From SAR202 cluster bacterium (GTDB taxonomy: Bacteria; Chloroflexota; Dehalococcoidia; Lucifugimonadales; VXLM01): 64,000 nt of DNA. The notes below the pieces were generated by a model. It made no database searches. It had not been told where the DNA came from and saw only the letters and a program-made list of their open reading frames with translations. A program made the translations under genes and the position numbers. Below, piece after piece: positions 55,341 through 63,845 of the stretch. The stretch covers positions 60,535 to 124,534 of the forward strand of contig JAKUTR010000002.1 of the NCBI GenBank assembly GCA_022448725.1, written 5' to 3'. Within the stretch, counting starts at the first letter, position 1; the number at the start of each line of letters is the position of its first letter.

Positions 55341-55802
55341 TCACTCAAGAGAGGCGATAACCTCACCATCGACCACCTGGTCACCAGCGGAAACATTTAC
55401 TGAAGCGACAATACCAGACCAATCCGCTCGAAGCACCTGCTGCATCTTCATCGCCTCCAGAACGCATATATCATCACCAGTGACCACTTGGTCACCAACT
55501 GACACAGCAACCGAAATTATTACTCCTGGCATGGGGGACTTAAACGAGCGCGATGACTCGTCGGATATTTGAACATTATTACCTGAAGTTGATGTAGAAG
55601 GTGAGCGTGGCCTAGAGTCACTAATCTTAAGATCATCTTCAGCCTTGGCATGTACCGAAGAGCCACCGTCCTCGATACTGACCTCCACAGGTTCACCATC
55701 AACAAGAACCTGGATTGGGAAGTCAGTAATATCACTAACTTCGACTGTATACCAATTATCTCCAATCTGCACACGCAGTGTTGTAGGTTCTACTGGATCC
55801 AT
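55341..55802 (-). CDS. Free-standing biotin carboxyl carrier protein (biotinyl domain, GcdC/MmdC/1.3S-like)
   Basis: The C-terminal PMPGVIISVAVSVGDQVVTGDDICVLEAMKMQQVL carries the EAMKM biotinylation motif. A Ser/Pro-rich linker follows. The N-terminal TLRVQIGDNWYTVEV resembles the xVxVNGxxYxVxV segment of transcarboxylase 1.3S and OadA association regions. Confidence 0.85.
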   Translation of the reverse strand: MDPVEPTTLRVQIGDNWYTVEVSDITDFPIQVLVDGEPVEVSIEDGGSSVHAKAEDDLKISDSRPRSPSTSTSGNNVQISDESSRSFKSPMPGVIISVAVSVGDQVVTGDDICVLEAMKMQQVLRADWSGIVASVNVSAGDQVVDGEVIASLE

Positions 55803-55804
55803 CT

Positions 55805-56953
55805 CTATCCCTGAATCAGCGCCAGGAAAACGCCAGCGACAGCTGCGGATCCAATGACTCCCGCAGCGTTAGGGCCCATTGCATGGTATAGAAGAAAGTT
55901 CTTGGGATTTGCTTGCTGACCCAGATGATGAGAGGTGCGCGCAGCCATTGGTACAGCCGATACACCTGCAGATCCGATTAGTGGGTTAATTTTATCCTTG
56001 AAGAAAAGATTCATGAACTTAGCGAACAACACGCCCCCGGCCGTTCCAGCCGAGAAGGCAGCAAGTCCGAGGCCAAGGATAACGATCGTTTGAAATTCAA
56101 ACACTCGTTCAGCTACGAGCTGCCCGCCGATCGTCAACATCAAAAATATCGTGGCCACGTAGAGAATCACGTCCGATGCTGCCTGTGTAAGCCGAGGAAC
56201 CACGCCACTTTCCTTCAACAGATTACCGATCATAAACATAGAGATTAGAGGTGCCGAACGAGGAACAAGTAGGATGACTACTACTAAAATAACTGTTGGA
56301 ATGATCAACTTCTCTCGCCTGGAGACTTCCCGTAGTGGTTTCATTTCAATCATGCGTTCATTTTCAGTAGTGAGTAACTTCATGATAGGCGGCTGAACGA
56401 AGGCTACCGTCGCAACATACGAATAGGCTATCACCGCAGTAATGCCAAGGATTTCAGGTGCTAATTTTGCGGTGATGAATATAGTTGTTGGTCCATCTGC
56501 ACCACCAATAATACCGATCGCGGCGGCTTCGCGAATATCGAAAATCCCAGTAGCAAGAGCGCCCCAGAAGGCAGCAAAAATACCTATCTGAGCTGCGGCT
56601 CCTAAAAGCAAGGTCCGTGGATTAGCTATGAGTGGTCCAAAGTCCGTCCCTGCTCCCAGTCCCAAGAACATTAGAGGCGGAAGTATGTTCCAGAATGCAA
56701 GCCCGTAATGGAAAACGATACCGAAAAGCCCGGCTCCTTGAACTCCCTGTGCCTCTGTAGGCAAGACGGTCATACCAGTAAGTGGCAAGTTCACCACTAT
56801 GATGCCCAGCCCGATCGGCAACAATTCGTAAGGCTCCATGTTGCGTGCAACTGCCAAGAACATAAAGGCGAATCCGACTAGGACCATTACAGCTTGTTGC
56901 CAGCTGATGGAGGCAAGTCCAGTGGAATTATAGAATTCGAGAAATTCGTTCAC
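55805..56953 (-). CDS. Na+-translocating decarboxylase beta subunit (OadB/GcdB/MmdB family)
   Basis: 382-aa polytopic protein. The N-terminus ...ISWQQAVMVLVGFAFMFLAVARNMEPYELLPIGLGIIVVNLP, and GAADGPT-like IIGGADGPTTIF, are typical of the family. Confidence 0.9.
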   Translation of the reverse strand: MNEFLEFYNSTGLASISWQQAVMVLVGFAFMFLAVARNMEPYELLPIGLGIIVVNLPLTGMTVLPTEAQGVQGAGLFGIVFHYGLAFWNILPPLMFLGLGAGTDFGPLIANPRTLLLGAAAQIGIFAAFWGALATGIFDIREAAAIGIIGGADGPTTIFITAKLAPEILGITAVIAYSYVATVAFVQPPIMKLLTTENERMIEMKPLREVSRREKLIIPTVILVVVILLVPRSAPLISMFMIGNLLKESGVVPRLTQAASDVILYVATIFLMLTIGGQLVAERVFEFQTIVILGLGLAAFSAGTAGGVLFAKFMNLFFKDKINPLIGSAGVSAVPMAARTSHHLGQQANPKNFLLYHAMGPNAAGVIGSAAVAGVFLALIQG

Positions 56954-56966
56954 AGCAGCGAGTCCA

Positions 56967-57224
56967 CTAACGAGGTACTGGGGTAGGGAGGATTGCGGAA
57001 TTTTCGTGGATTTCGACCAGCGTCGCTACAGCTATTGAGGCTGCAAGTGCCTTGTTACGTTCTTCCTGAGAGACTTCACCCTCTGGCACCTGATCACTCT
57101 TATCAGCAAAGAGCTTGCCGACTATCCATATACTTATCGACAGGAAAAAAAGTAGGCTGAAGGCGGTACTTAATCCAATTATGGTAAGCGTGAGTGCTTC
57201 CTCAATTAAAGCTTGGTCAAACAT
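56967..57224 (-). CDS. OadG-like gamma/delta subunit (single-TM anchor) of Na+-translocating decarboxylase
   Basis: 85 aa from the internal ATG 57224. It has one N-terminal TM helix (LTLTIIGLSTAFSLLFFLSISIWIVG) and an Ala-rich C-terminal helix (ALAASIAVATLVE), as in OadG. The track ORF starts at 57287. Confidence 0.6.
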   Translation of the reverse strand: MFDQALIEEALTLTIIGLSTAFSLLFFLSISIWIVGKLFADKSDQVPEGEVSQEERNKALAASIAVATLVEIHENSAILPTPVPR

Positions 57225-57253
57225 CTTTGCCTCAATCCTAACGTGGCCTGAAA

Positions 57254-57282
57254 TTGTACAATACCAAAGGACGTCTTTATAG
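57254..57282 (+). promoter_or_regulatory. Candidate sigma70-type promoter for the pxpA operon
   Basis: TTGTAC, a 17-nt spacer, then TTATAG, about 40 nt upstream of the pxpA ATG. It is only intergenic if oadG starts at 57224. Confidence 0.3.
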
Positions 57283-57320
57283 GACACATCGTAGAGGTTA
57301 GATTAGCAGGGAGTACTAAC

Positions 57321-58085
57321 ATGGGCTACCAAATAGACCTAAACTGCGATATGGGCGAGAGCTTTGGGATGTACAAGATGGGCTTCGACGAAGAAGTCAT
57401 CAAGTACATCAGTTCAGCAAACATTGCATGTGGTTTCCACGCTGGCGACCCATTATGGATGCAAAAGACCGTCCAGTTAGCAGAAGAGAATAACGTTGCT
57501 ATCGGAGCTCATACAAGCTTTCCAGACTTAGTGGGGTTCGGACGTAGACCGATGATTGTATCCAGTGATGAGGCCAAAACCGACATCATCTACCAGGTGG
57601 GAGCACTCCAAGCATTCACTAACAATAAGAACCTTCAGCATATAAAACCACATGGTGCCATGTACAATCAGGCAGTTAACGACAAGGATTTAGCCCGATC
57701 AATATGTGAGGCAGTTCTCGAAATCAATGACCAATTTATCCTTCTGGCCCTCTCGGGCTCTCTATGGGTCGATATCGCAAAGGATATGGGGCTCAGGGTT
57801 GCTCAAGAGATTTTCGCAGACCGTGCCATCAATCCAGATGGCACACTCGTTTCGCGCTCAAACCCTGGATCAGTTTTTCACGACATTGATGAGGTAGCAG
57901 AACGGAGCCTGCGTATGGTCACTGAGGGTAAGGCAACTGCTATAAACGGAGATATAATCGATATCGAAGCCGAGAGCCTATGCATCCATGGCGACACGCC
58001 AGGCGCGGTCGAGATGGCCCGCGTAGTGAAACAAGAACTTGAGAACGAGGGAGTCGAGATTATCGCTGCGGGTCAATTAGTCTAG
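57321..58085 (+). CDS. pxpA: LamB/YcsF family lactamase, 5-oxoprolinase subunit A-like
   Basis: Reads DLNCDMGESFG...ANIACGFHAGDPLWM...IGAHTSFPDLVGFGRR...IKPHGAMYN. Confidence 0.9.
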   Translation: MGYQIDLNCDMGESFGMYKMGFDEEVIKYISSANIACGFHAGDPLWMQKTVQLAEENNVAIGAHTSFPDLVGFGRRPMIVSSDEAKTDIIYQVGALQAFTNNKNLQHIKPHGAMYNQAVNDKDLARSICEAVLEINDQFILLALSGSLWVDIAKDMGLRVAQEIFADRAINPDGTLVSRSNPGSVFHDIDEVAERSLRMVTEGKATAINGDIIDIEAESLCIHGDTPGAVEMARVVKQELENEGVEIIAAGQLV

Positions 58086-58107
58086 TTTTTGACATAACCG
58101 AAAACCA

Positions 58108-58836
58108 ATGTACGACATACCAAAAATTATGCCCATGGGGGACCAAGCACTAGTGATCGAGTTTGGAAACCAAATAGAACCTGAATGCAACGCGCGAGTG
58201 CATTCGCTTACTCGTGCTCTCGACTTGAGTACCCCGACAGGAGTAGTTGCGGTCATTCCCACTTACAGATCTCTAACGATTCAATACGACGCTAACCTGA
58301 TCGGGTATAAAGATCTAACAAACCAGCTTCGGGACATCGACGTTAATTCCAACGCCCACGAGATATTGACCAACCGCATTGTTCACCTCCCAACAATCTA
58401 CGGACTAGAGTTCGGTCCGGATCTAGAGTTTGTGGCTCGACATTCAGAACTCTCGGCTGAAGAAGTCATCAGAGTTCACTCTGCTACCGATTACCTCGTA
58501 TATATGATGGGCTTTACTCCAGGCTTTCCATATCTTGGGGGGATGTCGGAGGAGATTGCCACACCACGCTTGGAAACTCCTCGTAACTCCATACCGGCTG
58601 GCTCAGTCGGAATCGCCGAGAGCCAAACGGGGGTATATCCTATAGATACCCCCGGCGGCTGGAGAATACTCGGGCGCACACCACTAAAACTGTTCGATAC
58701 CTCAAGAGAAAGACCTTCTCTTATAGCTGCAGGCGATTATGTACGTTTTGTTCCACTGTCAAACAAAGATGAGTACCAGATGATTGAGGAACAGATCATG
58801 AAGGGTGAATACAAACCGACGGTGACTACGGAATGA
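58108..58836 (+). CDS. pxpB: PxpB / KipI / allophanate hydrolase subunit 1-like (carboxyltransferase subdomains C-D type)
   Basis: Reads MGDQALVIEFGN...VIPTYRSLTIQYD...GFTPGFPYLGGM...IPAGSVGIAESQTGVYP..TPGGWRILGRTP. Confidence 0.85.
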   Translation: MYDIPKIMPMGDQALVIEFGNQIEPECNARVHSLTRALDLSTPTGVVAVIPTYRSLTIQYDANLIGYKDLTNQLRDIDVNSNAHEILTNRIVHLPTIYGLEFGPDLEFVARHSELSAEEVIRVHSATDYLVYMMGFTPGFPYLGGMSEEIATPRLETPRNSIPAGSVGIAESQTGVYPIDTPGGWRILGRTPLKLFDTSRERPSLIAAGDYVRFVPLSNKDEYQMIEEQIMKGEYKPTVTTE

Positions 58837-59960
58837 GTGATCCCGCCTTCCAAATAATTGATCCTGGGCTATTTACTACAGTGCAGGACCTGGGTCGTCA
58901 CACATACCAACGCTACGGCGTGCCGGTATCAGGAGCGATGGATGCATTCGCGCTTCAGGCAGCGAATTTGCTTGTCGGGAACGAGTCCGCAGAGGCATGC
59001 CTCGAGATTACTGTTCAAGGACCAACAATCCACTTCCTTACAGATATGGTGATTGCAATAACTGGCTCGGACATGTCTCCACAGCTTGATGGCGAAGACA
59101 TCCCTCGTTGGGAACCTCTTGATGTGAAACAAGGAACCTTACTAACGTTTGGTCAATTAAAAGATGGGATGAGAGCATATGTCGCTTTCAAAGGAGGCAT
59201 TGACGTACCCACTGTTCTAGACAGTCGCTCTACCTACACACATGGTGGCTTTGGTGGGTACAGGGGGAGAACCCTTAAATCTGATGATGTCCTCCCCGTC
59301 TCCTCGGATAGCGCCAGTGTGTCTCGACGGAAACTACCTAGTGGATACACATTGCCGGTTTACGGTAACCATCATGAGATTCGTGTGGTCCTTGGGCCAC
59401 AGGACGACTTATTCACGGAAGACACTGTCGCTACTTTCCTAACCGCACGGTTTAAGATTTCAACAGAGTCGGACCGAATGGGCTACAAACTAGTCGGCCC
59501 AACTATTGAATCCTCCAACAGCGCAAATATCATCTCGGATGGAAACGCGCTGGGTGTTATTCAGATACCGGGAGACGGCAGCCCTCGCATCTTGCTATCA
59601 GATCGAGGTACTACAGGAGGATACCCGAAGATAGCGACTGTAATTACCGCTGATATTGGCAAGTTGGCACAGGCACTACCTGACCATACATTACGGTTCA
59701 ATCGGGTCAGTATCGAGGAAGCTCATGACGCTCTAGAACATCAGAATTCCGTACTGAGTGCGCTATCTCGTCAGGGGAAACCCCTTAGTATGACAGTGTC
59801 TATCGGTGATACAGCGTATCAGGTCGAGACCCCTGACGGTTTGCCGGTTACCAAAACCAGCCTTCATTCTGCTTCTATTTCTGAGACAACACGCAGATTA
59901 AGCGCTGTAATTGATGGCAAAACGTTTGATTTTAAGGTCGATGTAACGCAGGAAGCGTGA
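58833..59960 (+). CDS. pxpC: PxpC / KipA / allophanate hydrolase subunit 2-like (carboxyltransferase subdomains A-B type) with a ~60-aa C-terminal extension
   Basis: Reads FQIIDPGLFTTVQDLGR..YQRYGVPVSGAMD...SDRMGYKL...GVIQIPGDGSPRILLSDRGTTGGYPKIATV. Residues ~313-375 lie beyond the usual end of the family. Confidence 0.85.
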   Translation: MSDPAFQIIDPGLFTTVQDLGRHTYQRYGVPVSGAMDAFALQAANLLVGNESAEACLEITVQGPTIHFLTDMVIAITGSDMSPQLDGEDIPRWEPLDVKQGTLLTFGQLKDGMRAYVAFKGGIDVPTVLDSRSTYTHGGFGGYRGRTLKSDDVLPVSSDSASVSRRKLPSGYTLPVYGNHHEIRVVLGPQDDLFTEDTVATFLTARFKISTESDRMGYKLVGPTIESSNSANIISDGNALGVIQIPGDGSPRILLSDRGTTGGYPKIATVITADIGKLAQALPDHTLRFNRVSIEEAHDALEHQNSVLSALSRQGKPLSMTVSIGDTAYQVETPDGLPVTKTSLHSASISETTRRLSAVIDGKTFDFKVDVTQEA

Positions 59961-60595
59961 GCTACATTATTCACGAGCTATCCGATTGGGTTCTTAGTTT
60001 CGCCGAGAGTCAGTGGGCAGTTGCGTTGCTCGGACTCAGTTCGTTTATGGAAGCGATCATTTTCCCAATACCACCCGACCCGTTACTGATTGCAATCGGA
60101 CTTGTACAACAAGAGAGCGCTATCTTCCTAGGCTTATGGGTAGCAATAACATCCGTAGCTGGGGCGATTGTTGGTCATTGGATCGGCAAACGACTGGGAA
60201 GGCCCATAATCGAATGGGCGGGGAATTACCCTATACTGGACCGATTCTTCTCCCACAACAAGGTTGATAAAGTTGAACGATTGTTTAAGCGATACGGTAT
60301 ATGGACAATCCTTATTGCCGCTTTTACACCCTTACCGTACAAGGTGTTCGCAATTACCGCTGGCATACTACAGATGGACCGGCGGAGCTTTATTATCGCT
60401 TCTATTATTGGCCGTAGTGCCCGTTTCCTAACAATCGGGGTACTAATCGCCCTTTTTGGTCAGGAGATCGAGTCCATAATGTCAAATAATTTTGAACTCA
60501 TAACTGTCAGTATCGCCGCCATCACAATAATAGGGGTTATGGGCTGGATCTGGTTCAAACGAACCCATCGTCGAACATCTTCTACTCTGCGATGA
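59957..60595 (+). CDS. DedA / VTT-domain (SNARE-associated) membrane protein
   Basis: Reads FPIPPDPLLIA...RLFKRYGIWTILIAAFTPLPYKVFAITAGIL. GTG start overlaps the pxpC stop. Confidence 0.7.
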   Translation: MSYIIHELSDWVLSFAESQWAVALLGLSSFMEAIIFPIPPDPLLIAIGLVQQESAIFLGLWVAITSVAGAIVGHWIGKRLGRPIIEWAGNYPILDRFFSHNKVDKVERLFKRYGIWTILIAAFTPLPYKVFAITAGILQMDRRSFIIASIIGRSARFLTIGVLIALFGQEIESIMSNNFELITVSIAAITIIGVMGWIWFKRTHRRTSSTLR

Positions 60596-61794
60596 TCCTC
60601 CGTTTCTGGCAAAAATCTCAGCCGGCGCGCCGCACTTTGATATTTGCGTCCTCAACCCACGTCTGGAGCGATTTGTTTTTTGCGTTATACGCTCCACTAC
60701 TCCCACTCATTAAGGAAGACCTCGACCTTACATTTACAGAGGTCGCGTTACTGAAGTCTGTGTATGCAGGAGCATCCGCAGTCCTACAGGTACCTGTTGG
60801 ATTCATTGCGGAAAGGGTAGGAGAATTCTGGCTTCTAATCGGCGGTAACATATGGGTGGCGGTAGGTCTGATTTGTATGGCTCTCGCTCCTGGATTCGCC
60901 TTACTGCTCGGATTCACTTTTGTTGGAGGCCTAGGCGGAGGTACTCAACACCCATTGGCTTCCTCAATTGTTTCCCGAGCTTACGAAGATAAGGGACGCG
61001 CGACAGCGGTGGGAACAGTGAACTTCGCAGGGGATCTAGGCAAACTACTATCCCCGGTACTAGCTCTTGTCATTGCCGTAAATTATGGGTGGCGCTTAAC
61101 GATGCTGGTGATCGGCGTTGCCGCCATCGTGTATATGATAATGACAGTGCTAATCCGTCGTAGTATTGATATAGATCGTCCCGACTCGCCAGACAGCAGA
61201 GGTTCGCAAGACTCAACCGGAACGATAAGCGCCGGTTATATAACCCTCAGCGTCGTCGGATTTCTAGACTCTGCAACTCGTGCTGCTGCCCTAACATTCA
61301 TACCCTTTATTTTGGAGGATAAGGGATTTTCAATATCTGAGATCTTCAGCATGCTAATTCTTTTATTGATAGGTGGAGCAGCTGGAAAATATCTCTGCGG
61401 AAGACTTAGTGAACGATATGGAACCATCGAGCTTATTTGGATAACTAAGGGAATAGCTGCAGGGCTCCTCACGCTCACCATCTATACACCGCTCACCCTT
61501 ATCGGGCCGCTAATGATCGTTCTAGGTATCACGTTAAATGGCACATCGTCTGTGCTGTACTCCAGCGTTGCAGAGATGGTGCCGAACGCACGCCGCTCCA
61601 GAATGTACGGGTTCTTCTACACTACCAACGAATCAGGGAGCTTCGCAGCACCACTTTTCTATGGACTAATAGCGGATATCTTCAGTGTACGTGTGAGTAT
61701 GGTAATTATGGGCATCCTAACAGCAGTCATACTGCCAGTTTCGCTACCATTGAAAATATACCTCGGCAGGAACAAGGCCTGGGAATCCTCCTAG
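60592..61794 (+). CDS. MFS transporter
   Basis: 400 aa with a 12-TM profile and a central cytoplasmic loop. Its start overlaps the DedA stop (ATGA). Confidence 0.8.
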   Translation: MILRFWQKSQPARRTLIFASSTHVWSDLFFALYAPLLPLIKEDLDLTFTEVALLKSVYAGASAVLQVPVGFIAERVGEFWLLIGGNIWVAVGLICMALAPGFALLLGFTFVGGLGGGTQHPLASSIVSRAYEDKGRATAVGTVNFAGDLGKLLSPVLALVIAVNYGWRLTMLVIGVAAIVYMIMTVLIRRSIDIDRPDSPDSRGSQDSTGTISAGYITLSVVGFLDSATRAAALTFIPFILEDKGFSISEIFSMLILLLIGGAAGKYLCGRLSERYGTIELIWITKGIAAGLLTLTIYTPLTLIGPLMIVLGITLNGTSSVLYSSVAEMVPNARRSRMYGFFYTTNESGSFAAPLFYGLIADIFSVRVSMVIMGILTAVILPVSLPLKIYLGRNKAWESS

Positions 61795-62918
61795 TAGCTT
61801 TGGAACAGTCTCCCCCAACCTGTTTTCATAGCCTCACGGACCCGTTTTTGGCCTATGAAACGCATCCAGTAACTATTGTGGTATATGTTTGATGCGGTAA
61901 ATGACCACGGTGCTATGCGCGACCGTAGGAGGAAATTTTCAAGAGGCTTGAGCGGCCCCCAATAGATTAGTTTCTGTCCCCGGCTTGCAAAGGTATTCTC
62001 AGTACCAGCCATCTTCCAGTCAATACCAGATATGTCTTCACCGACAATCTCTATTTGCCCTACGTCACCGCACCCAAGGCCAGCTTCATGAGCTAGTCTG
62101 ATAAATTTTATCGACATCGGATCGAATCCCATCATCTTCGCGGAGACAGCATCTACAGCAACCTGGTCAGCACTGGCAAGGATTACATCTTTCTTATGCC
62201 ACCTCATTGCCCGGGGTCCCGGGCCATCCCCAACGAAGGTACCATCCGTCAAAGCGAAAATGCCTGGGTGAATTTCTTTCTGGATACGCAGCAAGTCTAC
62301 AAGGGTTTCGTGTATAACCGAATGAGTCCAGTGCCGTTTGCGATTCAACAACCCCCCGAAAGCATTTTTCATCGCGCCGGTGATGGTTGTGAATACATGT
62401 GTTTTCATAGTTGGGAGATGTAGGACATTCTTGCCAAAAAACATTTCTGGGATTTGGAACCCTTCAGGGTATATGTCGCCAAGGACAAGCATGTCGGATT
62501 TAGGTTTGTAGTCCACCCACCTAACTGGCGGGTAATCAAGAAAAACACTTTCCAATCCATGCTGCTTTTCAACCGCTTGGTGCTTGTTATTTACTGCACC
62601 CTCAATTGGATCAACCACGACTGTCCCATTATGAGTCGGAATCAGATCTTTGTAACCGTCCTTTTTTAGCGCGGTGATAACGCCATCAAGTTGCCATGGC
62701 GTCGTTGAGCAGGCCGGGTAATAGTACTGCCAAGAGATATTAACCTTCAGTAGAGTAGCCAGCTCTTTTGAGAGGAATTTCTCATAATCAGCCAGACGCA
62801 TAGCCTGACCAATATCTTCACTTACCGTCTCGGGGCGAGTGTAGACAACTGCTACTTTGGAGCGCTGTGCCTGGGGGTGTTCTGTGTTCCCCTTGAGCTT
62901 AGTTACCGTCTGCATCAC
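61791..62918 (-). CDS. DUF362 domain-containing protein
   Basis: The pattern KVAVVYTRPE...LLKVNISWQYYYPACSTTPWQLDGVITALKKDGY is typical of DUF362 (xxKPN..., T.P). Confidence 0.65.
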   Translation of the reverse strand: MMQTVTKLKGNTEHPQAQRSKVAVVYTRPETVSEDIGQAMRLADYEKFLSKELATLLKVNISWQYYYPACSTTPWQLDGVITALKKDGYKDLIPTHNGTVVVDPIEGAVNNKHQAVEKQHGLESVFLDYPPVRWVDYKPKSDMLVLGDIYPEGFQIPEMFFGKNVLHLPTMKTHVFTTITGAMKNAFGGLLNRKRHWTHSVIHETLVDLLRIQKEIHPGIFALTDGTFVGDGPGPRAMRWHKKDVILASADQVAVDAVSAKMMGFDPMSIKFIRLAHEAGLGCGDVGQIEIVGEDISGIDWKMAGTENTFASRGQKLIYWGPLKPLENFLLRSRIAPWSFTASNIYHNSYWMRFIGQKRVREAMKTGWGRLFQSY

Positions 62919-62942
62919 AAGAATTCTAGCACGTAGTTAAGT

Positions 62943-63845
62943 TCAGAACAGGGAGAGCACGGCCAGAGAGACAGCAAGCCAAAGCACTATTGAGATAAGC
63001 AGCGGTGCATCACTCAGTAGTACGTCCTCTGGATTTTCTCCTCGTTCTTGAACCTGCACAAGGTAGATGTAACGAAACATTCCAAAAACGACAAACGGGA
63101 TAGTTAGCATCATCGCGTGATTATCTGGTAGGTTGGGTGCCGTGACACTATACACAACGTAAGCAACCAGAGTTGACATTGCAGCGACCGAGATATACTG
63201 ATCAAGCACACGCACCGAGTAAGCCGCTAGTATCTTTCGTTGGTTCTGGGCATTCCCGCCAGCTAATGAAAGCTCAGTCCTTCGTTTTGACAGAGCGATT
63301 AGCAGTGCCCCCAAACCCGTACAGGCATAGAGCCAGGGGGATATTGGCACATCAATTACTATGGCACCCGCCACAGCCCGAATTATAAAACCTCCGCTTA
63401 TAGAGAAGACGTCGAGTATAACCAGGTGCTTGAGTAGTACTGTGTACATAATCATTAGAACCACGTAAGTTACTGACACAAAACCAAACAAAGGCTCAAG
63501 TAGAAAACTTAGTCCTAATCCCAGGGTTAGGAGCCCAACAGCTGTAGTCCAAGCTACCCTGACAGAAACGAGGCCTAAAGGGATTGGGCGGTTACGCTTT
63601 TCGGGGTGATTCCTGTCTTCAGTAATATCCCTTGAGTCATTGATCAGGTAGATGCCTCCTCCAAGTACACAGAAGATGAAGAAAGCTATCGTCGATCTTC
63701 CTAAGAGGGGGAGCAATCCATTTATCAATTCCAGAGACCAAGCGTCTCCAACAGTAAAAAAGAGCGCAAAATAGATGATGAGGTTTTTGGTCCATTGTTT
63801 GGGACGCATGGACAGTATCAGGCCGTAGACGATTCTCATTATCAT
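62943..63845 (-). CDS. UbiA-family prenyltransferase (decaprenyl-phosphate phosphoribosyltransferase-like)
   Basis: Has RPKQWTKNLIIY at the N-terminus and the Asp-rich motif NDSRDITEDRNHPEKRNRP. 8-9 TM helices. Confidence 0.8.
   Translation of the reverse strand: MIMRIVYGLILSMRPKQWTKNLIIYFALFFTVGDAWSLELINGLLPLLGRSTIAFFIFCVLGGGIYLINDSRDITEDRNHPEKRNRPIPLGLVSVRVAWTTAVGLLTLGLGLSFLLEPLFGFVSVTYVVLMIMYTVLLKHLVILDVFSISGGFIIRAVAGAIVIDVPISPWLYACTGLGALLIALSKRRTELSLAGGNAQNQRKILAAYSVRVLDQYISVAAMSTLVAYVVYSVTAPNLPDNHAMMLTIPFVVFGMFRYIYLVQVQERGENPEDVLLSDAPLLISIVLWLAVSLAVLSLF

Noticed and set aside
55334-55396. Longer start (55396) for paralog 3, and longer start (57287) for the OadG-like ORF
   Set aside because: The 55396 start would overlap the biotin-carrier gene by 56 nt, and the extra residues are not shared with paralogs 1 and 2. 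The OadG-like ORF from 57224 gives the canonical ~85-aa single-TM protein and leaves room for a divergent promoter.
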